This document shows, piece by piece, positions 46,884 to 59,210 of a stretch of DNA of 64,000 nucleotides. Under the pieces are notes generated by a model. That model was given only the letters and a program-made list of their open reading frames with translations, had not been told where the DNA came from and did no database searches. Source of the stretch: Rhynchopus sp. YZ270_cl-10 (taxonomy: Eukaryota); NCBI GenBank assembly GCA_964035575.1, contig OZ037841.1:1674001-1738000 (forward strand), given 5' to 3'. The stretch's first letter is position 1. Each line of letters opens with the position of its first letter. The translations under genes were made by a program, and so were the position numbers.

Positions 46884-48621
46884 AGGGTGGTAGGTCTTCA
46901 TAGTGTCGCCCGAGAGTGTAAAGAGTGTATAGGCAAGGTGCTTCATCTGCACGTTTCTATCAAAGTTTTCAAGCCCAATCATGAAATGCAAAGGTGTGTT
47001 AGGCTCGATCCATTTCAAGTATTCTGTCAAAGAAAAGAGAGGGCCTAACACGGTAGTGTATTAATAAAGTAGACAAAAAATAAAGTCATCTTGTATAACA
47101 GTATTTCCCTTTGAATCCTTTCACCTTTGCGCCAAACAGATTTTTTACCCCTATTTGGCTGCATTCAACGAAAAACACTGCTATATTTTTATTGTTACCA
47201 AGATCAGTTGGCAGATTATATCTTCTGGTTTTTGCTTTCCAAAAGGAGTGATACCAGAGGACTTACGTGGTATTATTGTGGGGAAATGGGGGGGAGGGGG
47301 GCAGGGGGGGGAGGAGTAACGTGTGGCGTATGCCGTGTGGTGTGGGTATTTTCAGAAAAGCCTTTTTCTCGTTCCAAAGCTCTTTTGTAAATGCGTAACG
47401 GAAGTCAATTTTTTTTTTTGCCTCAGTTTCCTTTTTTTCAGCGGAAAGGTTTTTTTTTCTTTCGAATAATATCAAAAAATAGTGGGATCACTTTATTACC
47501 ATAAATCAGCTAAAAAGGGAAACATAGGCTCTTCCAAAGACGACTAACTGTGGAGCTGCGCAAACGAAGAAAACGCTTTTCATTTTTAAAAAAGAAAAGA
47601 TGGGAACATTTTTTGTTGATCCCTCCTCCTCCTATGCTATTAATTTATTGATCGCATCGGTTGAAATGCATTTTTAATTTTTCAGACGAAGGGTTAACTA
47701 AGCCCTGCCACACGGATGAGGAGTGTACCGGGCTGTATTTTCTCTCATTTGGACGGATATAGGCAGGACTGTATTGTTCTGTTTTGATCATCAAGGGAGG
47801 TAAACATCCCTGGGGGTGTGGCTCCCATAAGGTTTCCTTTTTGCACCTTCTGTTGGCTGTTCCCCCTGCATCAATTCAGCCGTTTTTTTTTCTTTCTTTT
47901 GTTGTAATATCAGGGCAGTCGCCGTTTTCATTCCACAAATATTTTCAAGCTTTCCTTGAAATGTACAATTGTGTGAATAGATATTTTTAGTTTAGTTTTG
48001 TTTTGTTTTTTCTGCCCCTATATGCTGTCATGAGTCCAGGGTCCCCTGGGGGCAAACAGACATTGGGCGATGGGTACAAAAAAACCTCTGATTGTGAGGC
48101 AAACAGCGGGGTGAATATACCCAGCTGAATCGATCTTACTGTAACCATTTTTTGGCCGTTAAAAGGGCTGGGGCTATAAAGAGTGTTGTGAACCGCCTCC
48201 GTTCTCTTACGGTACGGAACACCCACGTCCCACCCGCATGAGCTCGACTGCGATGCGTTTTAGCACGTTTCAACTCTAATTACCCTGTCATGCACCTTTC
48301 TTTCCGCAGATGGGTGTTGTATATTTTATCATATTCAGTTGTCAGATCGTACTGCAACAAAAGCCCTCTGTTCTCGCCTACTTCGGTAAGCTAAACTGAT
48401 AGGGTGACGTTGTGGTGTTTCACTCAAGCTTAACAATACCCCAATTTGCATGCCAGTTCAATGCTTGCAGACACCAAAAAGATACCTAGATCCTTCGCGT
48501 GGTTGTTGCGTAGTGTTTCGTTGTCTTTACCTCATCATCCTCACACATCCACACACCCACATCAACAGATACATGGGTTGGGCCTTCCTCCCACAAACAA
48601 CGCTGCTGCAGCAACAGAACA

Positions 48622-51600
48622 ATGCGAGGACACACCATGTACGCCGCAGTCGTCTTTTTACTGCTTGTGTGTGAAGTGGTGTCGCAGCCGACTAAACTGC
48701 CGTGTGCTTGGGATCCTGTGACTGTGGTGCAGTTCAGAGACAAGAATAGTATTCGCCTCCCCGCGCCGCCATCTCAGGACACGCTGTTTGGGGACACATT
48801 CCAGATTGACTTTGACGCTGTGATAAACAAATACACAAACTTTGGTCGGTTTATTGAACTCACGAACGGGCCCAGTAGCGACAACTTCATGGTTGGGCAG
48901 TTGAACGATAAAGGGAAGTTGTACGTCTCCTCCACGTGGACAAAGAAGAGGCAGCGTGTCATCTACGCAACTGCCTTGCCGTTGAATAAGAAGTTTCACA
49001 TTAGGGTTATCGCTGTTCCCATTGACGCAGCGACAGCAAACTACTATGTGTACTTGGATGGTGCGCTTGTTGCCCAAGGCATCAGCGAGCTCGTCAGGTA
49101 CATTCCTCGCACTAAGCTGTTAATCGGGTCGAGTGTCTACATCAAAAACCACGTCGACCTCGACGGGAGTGTCACTAACTTCCATTTGAAAATGTGTGCA
49201 CTGGCCAAACCCACACCTTCGCCGCCTACACCAGCACCACCGACACCAGCACCACCGACACCTGCACCACCCACACCGGCACCACCCACACCTGCACCAC
49301 CCACACCGGCACCGCCCACACCGGCACCACCGACACCTGCACCGCCCACACCAGCACCACCCACACCTGCACCACCCACACCTGCACCGCCTACACCAGC
49401 ACCACCCACACCTGCACCACCCACACCAGCACCGCCTACACCTGCACCGCCCACACCAGCACCACCCACACCGGCACCGCCCACACCGGCACCGCCTACA
49501 CCAGCACCACCTACACCTGCACCGCCCACACCAGCACCACCGACACCAGCACCACCTACACCTGCACCGCCCACACCAGCACCACCGACACCGGCACCAC
49601 CGACACCGGCACCACCCACACCGGCACCACCCACACCAGCACCACCCACACCTGCACCACCCACACCAGCACCGCCTACACCTGCACCGCCCACACCAGC
49701 ACCACCCACACCGGCACCACCCACACCTGCACCACCCACACCAGCACCACCTACACCTGCACCGCCCACACCAGCACCACCGACACCAGCACCACCTACA
49801 CCTGCACCGCCCACACCAGCACCACCGACACCGGCACCACCGACACCGGCACCACCCACACCGGCACCACCCACACCAGCACCACCCACACCTGCACCAC
49901 CCACACCAGCACCGCCTACACCTGCACCGCCCACACCAGCACCACCCACACCGGCACCGCCCACACCGGCACCGCCTACACCAGCACCACCTACACCTGC
50001 ACCGCCCACACCAGCACCACCGACACCGGCACCACCGACACCGGCACCACCCACACCTGCACCACCCACACCTGCACCGCCTACACCTGCACCACCCACA
50101 CCTGCACCGCCGACACCGGCACCACCCACACCGGCACCACCGACACCGGCACCACCCACACCGGCACCACCCACACCGGCACCACCCACACCGGCACCAC
50201 CGACACCGGCACCACCCACACCGGCACCACCGACACCGGCACCACCCACACCGGCGCCGACGCCTGCGCCACCGACACCTGCACCGGCAACTAATGCTCC
50301 ACCAACACTTGCGCCGTCTACAACTGCTCCACTGACACAGGCACCGTCAACGTCTTCACCTCCCACAAGTGCTCCACCAACATCTGCGCCACCGACAACT
50401 GCGCCACTGACACAGGTGCCGTCAACTTCTGCACCACTAACACCCGCCCCACTGACACAACTACCAACTCTTACACCACCAACACCTGCACCTCACACTG
50501 CCACACCACCGACAGTGCCACCTGCAACACCAGCACCAACAGAGACAACAACAACAGCACCGCTGCTGCGAGACACACCGACAAGCGGTATCAAAGTGTC
50601 TGTGAAGGAAGACCTGAAGAAGGCGAACACGGCTGCTGGTGCTGCAGCAGTTCTGGGTGGTGGTGCAGGGAATGCAGGGAAGTTGGCTGTGCTGAACGGC
50701 TTTGGGTGTCAAATGGACGACGTGGATGTGGGTGAGGATCCACTGGACTGGGAGTTCCACCCGACAACGATATCACTTGGGAGTGCAGTTGGGCGGTACA
50801 AGCTTGCGGCGATGGTGATGAACCCTGTGGTTGTGATGTGCATTGGGCTGCTGGTGCTGTGTGCAGCTGCAGCCATGCAAGCAACACTGGGGTTCGGACG
50901 TGAGAAGGCAATCAGTGTGACACGGTTTCCTGGGATACTGTACATCCCATACCTGTTCTTGCTGCAGGGGACAAGCCTTGTGGCGGCACAGGTTGTGTTT
51001 GACCCTTCACGCTACCCAACAATGGTTGCAGTGCTTTCGTACGTGACACTGGCACTGTGTCTGCTGTCGCCTGTGCTGCTGTACACCAATGTGCTGCGCC
51101 ATGTGAAGAGAGAGGCGGAGCTCTTTCCAGACCCTGCGATTGTGGGGAACCCAGCGACAGGCGAGCCTGGGAAGCGTGCGAACAGTGCTGTGTACAAGTT
51201 TGCGTTTGGGACAGACATCTGGGTGTCACGACAGAGCTACTTTGCAGAGAAGTACGGGAACTGCTTTGAGAACGTGAAGCCGACGTGTCTGTGGTACATC
51301 CTGTGTGAGCTTGCGGTGATTCTGTGTCTGTCGCTGTTGTCTGGATGGAAGCCTTCCTCTGTTTCGTCTTGCAACATACGTAACATCGTCATCGCTGTCC
51401 TGATGGTGCTGTTCTTTGTTGCAACAGTTGTCAAACGTCCGTTCTTGGCTGCGATGGACAACTTGATTGCTATCACGCTGAGTGTTCTTATGGCCTTAGC
51501 AGTGCTGGGGATGACGATAGCTATTGCGGCAGAGTCATCTAAGGACAGTGCACTGTACGCAATCAGCAGTGTGTGTCTCTTGGTCTCTGCGCTGCTTCTG

Positions 51601-51981
51601 ATGGTTAAGTGTTTGTGGGACTTTGGGATCTACGTCATGGATGTGCTGATCTCACGTCGCAGCCGTGCACGTGAACAGGCACGTTATGCACAGTACGTGC
51701 CTAAGGAAGACTATCCAGATGTCGATATGGATACGGAGCTTGTATCGGAGCTGACCACGAACCCTCAACATGATGCAACAGACAGCGGGTTGCGGAAGTC
51801 GGCAGTGCTGATGAACTACAGCGAGGCCTCTGAACCAGGATCCCCAGATGAGCTGAAGATACCTCTGAAGGCACATGACACAGGCAGCGACTATTCTCCA
51901 ACCAGCGCGCTCAGCAGCTCCCGCAAAAGCAGTTCTTCCAGGAGGTACGGCAGGAAAGGCGACAGGCTGATGTGGGTGTAG
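48622..51981 (+). CDS. Surface protein paralog 2 with about 70 PTPAP repeats
   Basis: Same architecture as paralog 1; uninterrupted 1119-aa ORF. Confidence 0.88.
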   Translation: MRGHTMYAAVVFLLLVCEVVSQPTKLPCAWDPVTVVQFRDKNSIRLPAPPSQDTLFGDTFQIDFDAVINKYTNFGRFIELTNGPSSDNFMVGQLNDKGKLYVSSTWTKKRQRVIYATALPLNKKFHIRVIAVPIDAATANYYVYLDGALVAQGISELVRYIPRTKLLIGSSVYIKNHVDLDGSVTNFHLKMCALAKPTPSPPTPAPPTPAPPTPAPPTPAPPTPAPPTPAPPTPAPPTPAPPTPAPPTPAPPTPAPPTPAPPTPAPPTPAPPTPAPPTPAPPTPAPPTPAPPTPAPPTPAPPTPAPPTPAPPTPAPPTPAPPTPAPPTPAPPTPAPPTPAPPTPAPPTPAPPTPAPPTPAPPTPAPPTPAPPTPAPPTPAPPTPAPPTPAPPTPAPPTPAPPTPAPPTPAPPTPAPPTPAPPTPAPPTPAPPTPAPPTPAPPTPAPPTPAPPTPAPPTPAPPTPAPPTPAPPTPAPPTPAPPTPAPPTPAPPTPAPPTPAPPTPAPPTPAPPTPAPPTPAPPTPAPPTPAPPTPAPPTPAPPTPAPTPAPPTPAPATNAPPTLAPSTTAPLTQAPSTSSPPTSAPPTSAPPTTAPLTQVPSTSAPLTPAPLTQLPTLTPPTPAPHTATPPTVPPATPAPTETTTTAPLLRDTPTSGIKVSVKEDLKKANTAAGAAAVLGGGAGNAGKLAVLNGFGCQMDDVDVGEDPLDWEFHPTTISLGSAVGRYKLAAMVMNPVVVMCIGLLVLCAAAAMQATLGFGREKAISVTRFPGILYIPYLFLLQGTSLVAAQVVFDPSRYPTMVAVLSYVTLALCLLSPVLLYTNVLRHVKREAELFPDPAIVGNPATGEPGKRANSAVYKFAFGTDIWVSRQSYFAEKYGNCFENVKPTCLWYILCELAVILCLSLLSGWKPSSVSSCNIRNIVIAVLMVLFFVATVVKRPFLAAMDNLIAITLSVLMALAVLGMTIAIAAESSKDSALYAISSVCLLVSALLLMVKCLWDFGIYVMDVLISRRSRAREQARYAQYVPKEDYPDVDMDTELVSELTTNPQHDATDSGLRKSAVLMNYSEASEPGSPDELKIPLKAHDTGSDYSPTSALSSSRKSSSSRRYGRKGDRLMWV
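49210..50285 (+). repeat. Coding 15-bp minisatellite (PTPAP) with a 240-bp higher-order period
   Basis: Sequence lines starting at 49501/49741, 49561/49801 and 49621/49861 are identical. Confidence 0.95.
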
Positions 51982-53548
51982 CGTTTGCTTGAACACACGA
52001 TGTGGTTTTGTCTGAGCTCAACATCGTTTTGGTGTTGCTCTATTTATAATGATAATTGCGATGTAATGTGCCCAGAGTCAGTTTCCAAGTTTCTTCATTG
52101 TGCAGCACGTCGCGTATCTGCAAGGCTTCGCGACGTGTACTCGGACAGCTTGCCACACCAATTCCCAGTGGAGAAACTTTGGGGATAACCCGGCGCAATT
52201 ACCCCCCATTACTACTTTGTTAATTTCGACATTGAGATGCACTGGTCCTACGCTTTTTTTTTGGGCCCATTTTGTCACTTCCACTGGCAGACGATGTGGG
52301 GCCCCACCACATGGTCGGGGATCGGCTCTAAATGCCGAGGGTAGTGTTTGTGCGAGGTTTCGGCCACTAGAATCCCCAAAACAACAGCGTTGTTTTTGCC
52401 TTCGTTTTTTGGCCATCACATTACAGCAATTCCCGCATAAAGTATACGTATACTTTAATCGCACCCCTCCAGTTAATTTGTTTGTCGAGCCTTTCAATAT
52501 GCCCGACACTATCTGCATTCGTCTCTGCGAATTACTATATTATTGACAACGTTTTTTTTCTGGTGACTAAGCACGAGAGGCTTATGTTCACCTAATAGAC
52601 TTTTCTTTTCTTTTTGTACTACATGCTGATGTCAGCTATGTTACATGGAACGCTTTGTGTCCACGTTTTTTTAAATATTTGTGTGTGCTCTGGTGGGTGT
52701 TTCACCTTTCACTACCCCTCCCCGACCGCATCGTTTTATCATCATATAGTTTTGACTTATTTTGTTCTATTTTATTTCGGACAAAATGGTTGGTGAGTGC
52801 CCTCTCTTTACTGACGTCCTCGCAACACAAATGCTTTGCTGCTTTATTTTTGTGCTCTGCATTCTGTTGAGTTCGCTTTGATTGATGCATGAACAACTTG
52901 TCATATCTCTTCCTTTCTCCCACCTCCCTATATATTTTTTGCGTTCATTACTTTCTGTGGACTGCGAATGGCAGGAACGCTTTTTGGTCCTGCAGTGATG
53001 GGTGTCGTTTGTGTGTGTCTCGGTCTTGCGTTTTCAGCTTGCTGTGGAACTGCTGAAGCAATACGTAAAAAAAACCCCCCTGGCATTTGAAGATTTGTGT
53101 GTGTTTCGCGACATCGTTATCTTTCAATTTTCCTTCTATGCACAAGGGTTTTTCCTATATTGCTTTTGATTTGTTCCCGCAGTATCCGAGGAACGGTGAG
53201 GTGGATCAGTGGGTTGGTGGGGCACTACGAGAGAAAAACTGTGTAGCGTTCACACGAAAAAAAGCGAGATGTCTACACGTCGTCAATTATTCAGAAATGA
53301 ATAAGTAAGAAGATAAGTGTCCTTCCCCACTGAGTCGTCCCAAGGCTCCCACCCCTCGTTGTCTCTGATAGCTTGTGCAACCGCTGGGGTCCAAACCAGA
53401 CTGACCCCTAAAATTTTAAATTATAACGGCGCTGTCAAAAGAGCGTGATGTGCACTGTGCGGTACATACGTCGTTCAAAATGTTTCGTTTACGAGTGGTG
53501 CGGATGAGGCCCATAAATAGGTCAGCACATTTTTCAATTTTCGAAATA

Positions 53549-54241
53549 CCTACCCCCCCCGTGCATAAGTCTGCGTATAAGTCCGATTTTTGGGGGGGCT
53601 GAGGGCCTCCGGACTTATACACGGGGTTTCGGACTTATGCACGGGTATCGGACTTATACACCGGTTTTGTGCACCCAGGTACCCAGACCCACGCAGTGTC
53701 ACATGACCTCAGTGCGAATGACCCACACCTGAGGGAATGTGACACCGCAAAATTTAACGACCGTTTTCAACGCCGCAGGCAGGCAAAACAGCGTTTGACT
53801 CAGAGGAACGCCTGCTGTGCAGGTATCAAACATGAGAACCAACTCCCAGCAACAAGGGGCACCTTTTGGCTGTTGAGACTGTTTGGGGTGCAAAGTTTCC
53901 ACAATGTTGCAGTAATAGGTTCACATCTTTGAGAATTGTGAGGATGATGTTTTGACATGAGAAGCGCGAAGATGATCCCTGGTGAACACACCGCCAATAA
54001 AAATAAAATTGCGCTCGCTTCGCTCGCGGAAAAACACCCCAAAAATTGTCCCCCGCTCGCTTCGCGAGCGGGAAAACGCCCCAAAAAAAAAAATCTCCCC
54101 ACCACCAGTACACAGAACCGGTGTATAAGTCGGCCTGTGCATAAGTCCGATCCTGAGCCCAAATCTGCCCGGACTTATACACGGGTCATCGGACTTATGC
54201 ACGGGTAATGGGGGTCGGACTTATGCACGGGGGAGGGTAGG
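53549..54241. mobile_element. Tc1/mariner-pogo-type non-autonomous element
   Basis: TIR CCTACCCCCCCCGTGCATAAGTC / GACTTATGCACGGGGGAGGGTAGG with TA flanks; subterminal GGACTTATRCAC repeats. Confidence 0.85.
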
Positions 54242-54538
54242 TAAACGAAAAAAAAATATAATTTTCTAAGCTCCAGAGGCTTCGATCATGTTACAAGTTT
54301 TTGATTGGTTTCTGTGAACTTTGCTCTTTTTGTAGATGTGTGCACGAGAGGCATATCCATCTGACAACCTTTCTTTTCTTTTCTTTTTTGCGTGTAGTCG
54401 TTGTGTGTCGCGAGACCTTCGCAAGTTTCCCTTTTTGTCTAAACCCGGTTACGCTGCTTCCGAATATTCATCTTTTCTGCAAGACGTGTTTTCTGGTAAG
54501 CACTTCCCTTCACCCTTTTTTCGAACAAATACCCATAA

Positions 54539-54941
54539 GGGCACGGTAATTTTTTTTCTTGGTAAGCGTCAGACCACTTCTCAAAAAAAAGTACGCACGC
54601 ACGCAAAAAAAAATTATGCAGTAAAAAAAATTATGAGTGGTGAAAAAAATTATAGGGGAAAATTACAGTGGGGGAAATACAGGTACCAAAAATATTTTCC
54701 CACCAATTTTTGCCCACAAAAAATCGGGTGAAATTTTTTTTGATTTCGGCTCTCGGGAATCTGTGTGTGCTGTGATGGGGTCAATTTGCGCTGAAAAATG
54801 TACATTTTTTACCTAAAATACATAGTTGAGTTATTGAGGGCCCCCCTTTATAATTTTTTTTTCTACATAATTTTTTTCCCTGGAATCTCAAAAAAAAAGT
54901 ACGCACGCAGACGCTTACCAAAAATAAAAATTACCGTGCCC
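54539..54941. mobile_element. PIF/Harbinger (Tourist-like) MITE
   Basis: TIR GGGCACGGTAATTTTT...TTGGTAAGCGTC / GACGCTTACCAA...AAAATTACCGTGCCC with a 3-bp TAA TSD. Confidence 0.85.
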
Positions 54942-57900
54942 TAATATAAATAAATCAAAACAAACAGACTAGTATGCTTTATATTAGTCGTGCTCTGCTC
55001 AGTTGGTCAGAACGTATGAAATACCGGTAATTGAAACAGATATTTGGTGCCAAAGTGTTTCATTACAAAAAGACTTCTCTGTGTAAATTTTTAAAAAATG
55101 GTCAGAATACACTCCATTTTTTTGCTGTTGTTTATTTTCGTGTAAAACGTCTTTGCAATAGTGGGTTATATTTTTAGCGGGGTACTTCTGCTTTCATCCG
55201 GGCTGGCATCATATGTGGATCAGTCGCAGGTGCCTGCATCAAAAACTTCCATTTTTTGTTGTTTTTTTTTTTTAGCGAAGAAGCTAAGAGAAAATTTCAA
55301 ACCCCCTTGCCTCTTGCCTTATCCACACCTTCAATTTTTAGCCGTATTTTTTTTTTTGGGTGCGTGGCCCAAAAAGAGGCCAAAATTGAACATACGAAGG
55401 CACGGAGAGTTTACGTTTTTTTTTTTTTTTGTTTTTTCCCTCTGACCAAGAGTTTAGCCATAACGAAAACAACAAAAATGCACTCCAACACACACCCTAT
55501 CAATTCTTTCCCACCCCCCCTGCTAGCGGGGTGTTTTGCACCACCATGTTACGTCTTCCCCTCTTCCCTCTTACTGTAATTTAAACTTTTTGCGATGTGT
55601 GTGCACGAGAGACACATTCATCTTTCGAGCTTTAGTATTTTTCGGTACACTTTTTGGCGATTAAGCGCGAGGTTCAGGTTCATTCTTATAAGCTTAACCG
55701 CCTCCGTTCTGGCACGGAACACTGTGTGGAAAAAATGGGCATTCGAATCAAAGGTGAAGAAAAACAAATGTATTTTTGGAGGTCTTTCATTTCTTCATTC
55801 ATGTACAGATTCTGGGGCTTGCACGCACGTTCACGGAGCTGGGTCGCTGGCAGAGGGGGTTTTGCTTATTGCGGAGTGCTATCAGAAACTGAATGTGACT
55901 AGCTAACGGAAATTTACCCTCACGCTTTTTCCTTTTTTGAATCATTCCACACCCAATGATCATGTGGGGCCTGAAATGGCTTCCTAAATGGTTGCGGGTT
56001 AACGAAAAAAGACAGTAGATTCGTGAGGACAAATCAAGTGGCAAAATGTTTAGTTTTTGACTCTGACATTTTTTTTTGTACCGTTTTTTATGCTTGCTAT
56101 TTGCTAAAGTAGTAAGTTTTTGAATTTTGTTTTGGATAATATTATTATGTTTTGTTTTTCGGTTCGTTTTTGGTTTTTTTTTTAGAAATGCGTGGAGATC
56201 ACGCGAAAAAACAAAGCGAGGTGGAGTATGCATCGTCAAGTTATCAGAATTTATTTTTGATCCCTCCTTCGTTTGCCTTCTTGGAATGTGATCCCTGCAC
56301 GCCTGACGGACCTTTTCTTGAGATACAGATCAAACTGTACGTCAGGGATAATTCCATCCCTTCTGGCTTAACGCCCCCTCCTGCAGGTGTAGAGTCTGTC
56401 ATGGCGACTGTGGAGCATGTGTACAATCCAAGGAAGTGCTCTCAGGTTCGATAACCCGTTGGGGAACCATGTGTCCTTCGTCCGGTGTACGGTGAGGCGT
56501 TTGCACTTTTTCAACAAATCTCTTTTTATCATCTCAACCAAACCCGCAACGAAATGAATGTAAGCCGGATGGTCGGGGCCTACCCGCTCATGACCCACCA
56601 AGGTACACTACCGTGCGGGCTTGGTCTTTTAAATCAATATTTTTTTTTTTCAGCTGTGTGATCTGAGGAAACGAGTTCAATTCACCCCCGCTTTTTCTTC
56701 CAGTTTTCGTGACCCCCTTCTTCAAACCCCTCTTCATAAGAATCAAACAGAGTGTACGTTAGGTTACCGCGGCGAACCCATTTTTATGGGAAAGAGGTAA
56801 AGAGAGACCACGTCATCAGATATATATTTTACATCTTTCTCTCTGGAAGATGAGGAAAAAGAAAGAAATACAAGAAAAGGGAAGTCCTTTATATACACCC
56901 CTCCCATGCTTTTTTATATGAATACAATATTTCTTTCCCTTCAAAGTGACCGAAGGCTGGGGAGCTTTATCTCACATTTTTTTTCTTTCGCAGGTAACTG
57001 TCAGAGGGAGCGTTTTTTATTGCATTTCAAATCCACTTTTTTTTTTCTAAATACAGCTTGTGCAGCGTACCTGTTGCACAAGAGATGGGGGATATTCGCC
57101 CTCACTCACCCCCTGACTGCTTCTTCCCCGCTGTCTTTTCACTCTGCTTGTACACATTAGGGACTGCATATGGTATATGGTTCAGACCCTCCTAGTCCAG
57201 GCCAGTGGATTGTACAGTGCTTTGAAAAAGGAAAGGAAAGAGAGAAAAAAAAAGCAGAGAACGAAAGAGCCGAGATGGCTAAACACGCAAAGGATTAGGT
57301 TTTGCATCTTTCACCGCTGTTGCTCTGTTGTTGCTACCGTGTTATTTACCCTCGCTCCACTCAACTATGCCGAATTTTTTTATAGTGTGTGTGTTTGATA
57401 CAGAATATGGCCCCAAAGTGTGTATGTTTGTGTTCTGCTATATTAGGACAAATGCTTTTGTGGGAAATGAATTCAAATGTCTGGGGTTTTGTTTATTCCC
57501 CTTCTATTGTGCACTCACGCACGCCATGCTCGTTTTCAAAAAATGACAGTGGAGATTGCACAACTGTGGCAACACAACTGAGGCAACTACACTACTCCAA
57601 CAATTTATCAAAAAAATAAAATAAAATGGGACTATGTCTGCCACCATGGGGTTTCTTGTCACTCTAATCGATAGGGGATTGCTCCCCTGAGATCAGTGAT
57701 CAAAGAAGCCTAATTTGATGATTGATATATTCCGGCTTCACCGAGTGTTTTGGATGATTTTTTTGGGCGTCCAATCACGACTCCATTGGCTCCTCGCGAC
57801 CAAGCGTCAGGTACTTTATTTTTTTTTGTAGGTATTTCCTTTATTTTCTTCTTTCTGCTTTATTATTTGTTCAAATTAATGCTTTGGTCTCCCATTGGAG

Positions 57901-59210
57901 CAAACATCAGACGTCTCTTCCCCATTTTTCATATCATATTCATTAGGTACGTGAGAGGAGCCACCTGCTTTTGCCTGAAATATTGTGGAGTTCGGTGATA
58001 TCCACCAAAATTTCTGTGAATAAATCAGGTGAAGGAGGAGGTGCCGCAAAATCATCGTTTACTTTTCATGTCAAGTCCTCCCTCTCTTTGTGTTCAATAA
58101 TCTGCCCCCGAATCGGCTTACTTCACACAAAGTGTTGCTCCCATTGTGTTCCAATTATTCCCGTTTCGTTGATGCGGTAGGACAACTCAACATCGACGGG
58201 AAATGGAAGTAAGCTGGCGGAGGGGTGGACATGGCGTGTATTGTGTCACCGCATTCGTGATTTTTCCAAGGTTTCAAAAAAAAATTTTTAGTGGACGAAA
58301 AAAAGGGTTATGATGGTGTGATTTTTCCACAAAAAGTACCGAACGTACGAAAGAGTGGGGGGTCACGAAGATCATTGTGTATTGTGTCATTATATGATTT
58401 TTCCAGTCTTTTGGTTCAGGTTTGCACAAAAACAGTAAAACTAATTGGGTGCTCGATGGTGTCCAACGGTAGTTAGATCCTTTTCAAAGGCTGAGCGAGG
58501 CCTAGGTTCGTCTTTTCTAATTTTACGTACTGTGTTGAGTGTTTTGTCGTCTACTCTCTCTCCCTTTTCCACCCCACATTGTTATGTTTTTGGTTCCAGT
58601 TTAGGCGCACACAACAAAAACATACAATGTCATACCATCTGGCTATTGCGGGCAACCTAAATAGTGCCACTTTCCATTTCTCTTTCTTGGTATATTTTTT
58701 GCATCCCCAATGTACCCAAGGCCACACACAGGTCTTCAGGGCTAATCTAATATTCGCTCGGTTTCTTACAATTAACAAAGATTCGTAGCTCCCTGTGCAA
58801 ACGCTGCCAGCTATCCTTGCTGCAAAGTGTGCACAGCATGGGAACTCTGCACGTCTGAACTGTACGATTAGGCGCGAATACTGAGTGAAAGACCTGTCTT
58901 GTGCCAACAGATTCTTGGGGGACATTTTTTTGTTATAAAAACGGGTATTCCACAAAACGGATATATGACTGCTTCGTGCTGACTTTCCCGTGCCCGACCA
59001 TTTGCAGAGATAAAAAAATAGTATAGCGTGTGTGTACCCTTTTAAGTGGTTTTCTGTATGGAACCTTTGGTTTGATCAAGCAAAAGCTCACAACGATACA
59101 AACATAGTCTCCCTTCTCCTGTCTGTGATGCGTCTGTTTTCCCTTCCACGTTCCCCACCCGCCCTATCCATACAACAGGGTGATGTGCGCCCCAGCACCA
59201 CACATAAACC

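Noticed and set aside
49137..50366. Gly-rich, His-rich and Thr-rich alternative-frame ORFs
   Set aside because: Shadow frames of the PTPAP repeat.
54987..55050. tRNA-like A-box (GCTCAGTTGGTCAGAACG)
   Set aside because: No T-arm/B-box or cloverleaf follows.
57950..58235. Possible decayed minus-strand coding remnant
   Set aside because: Interrupted by stops, with no recognisable motif.
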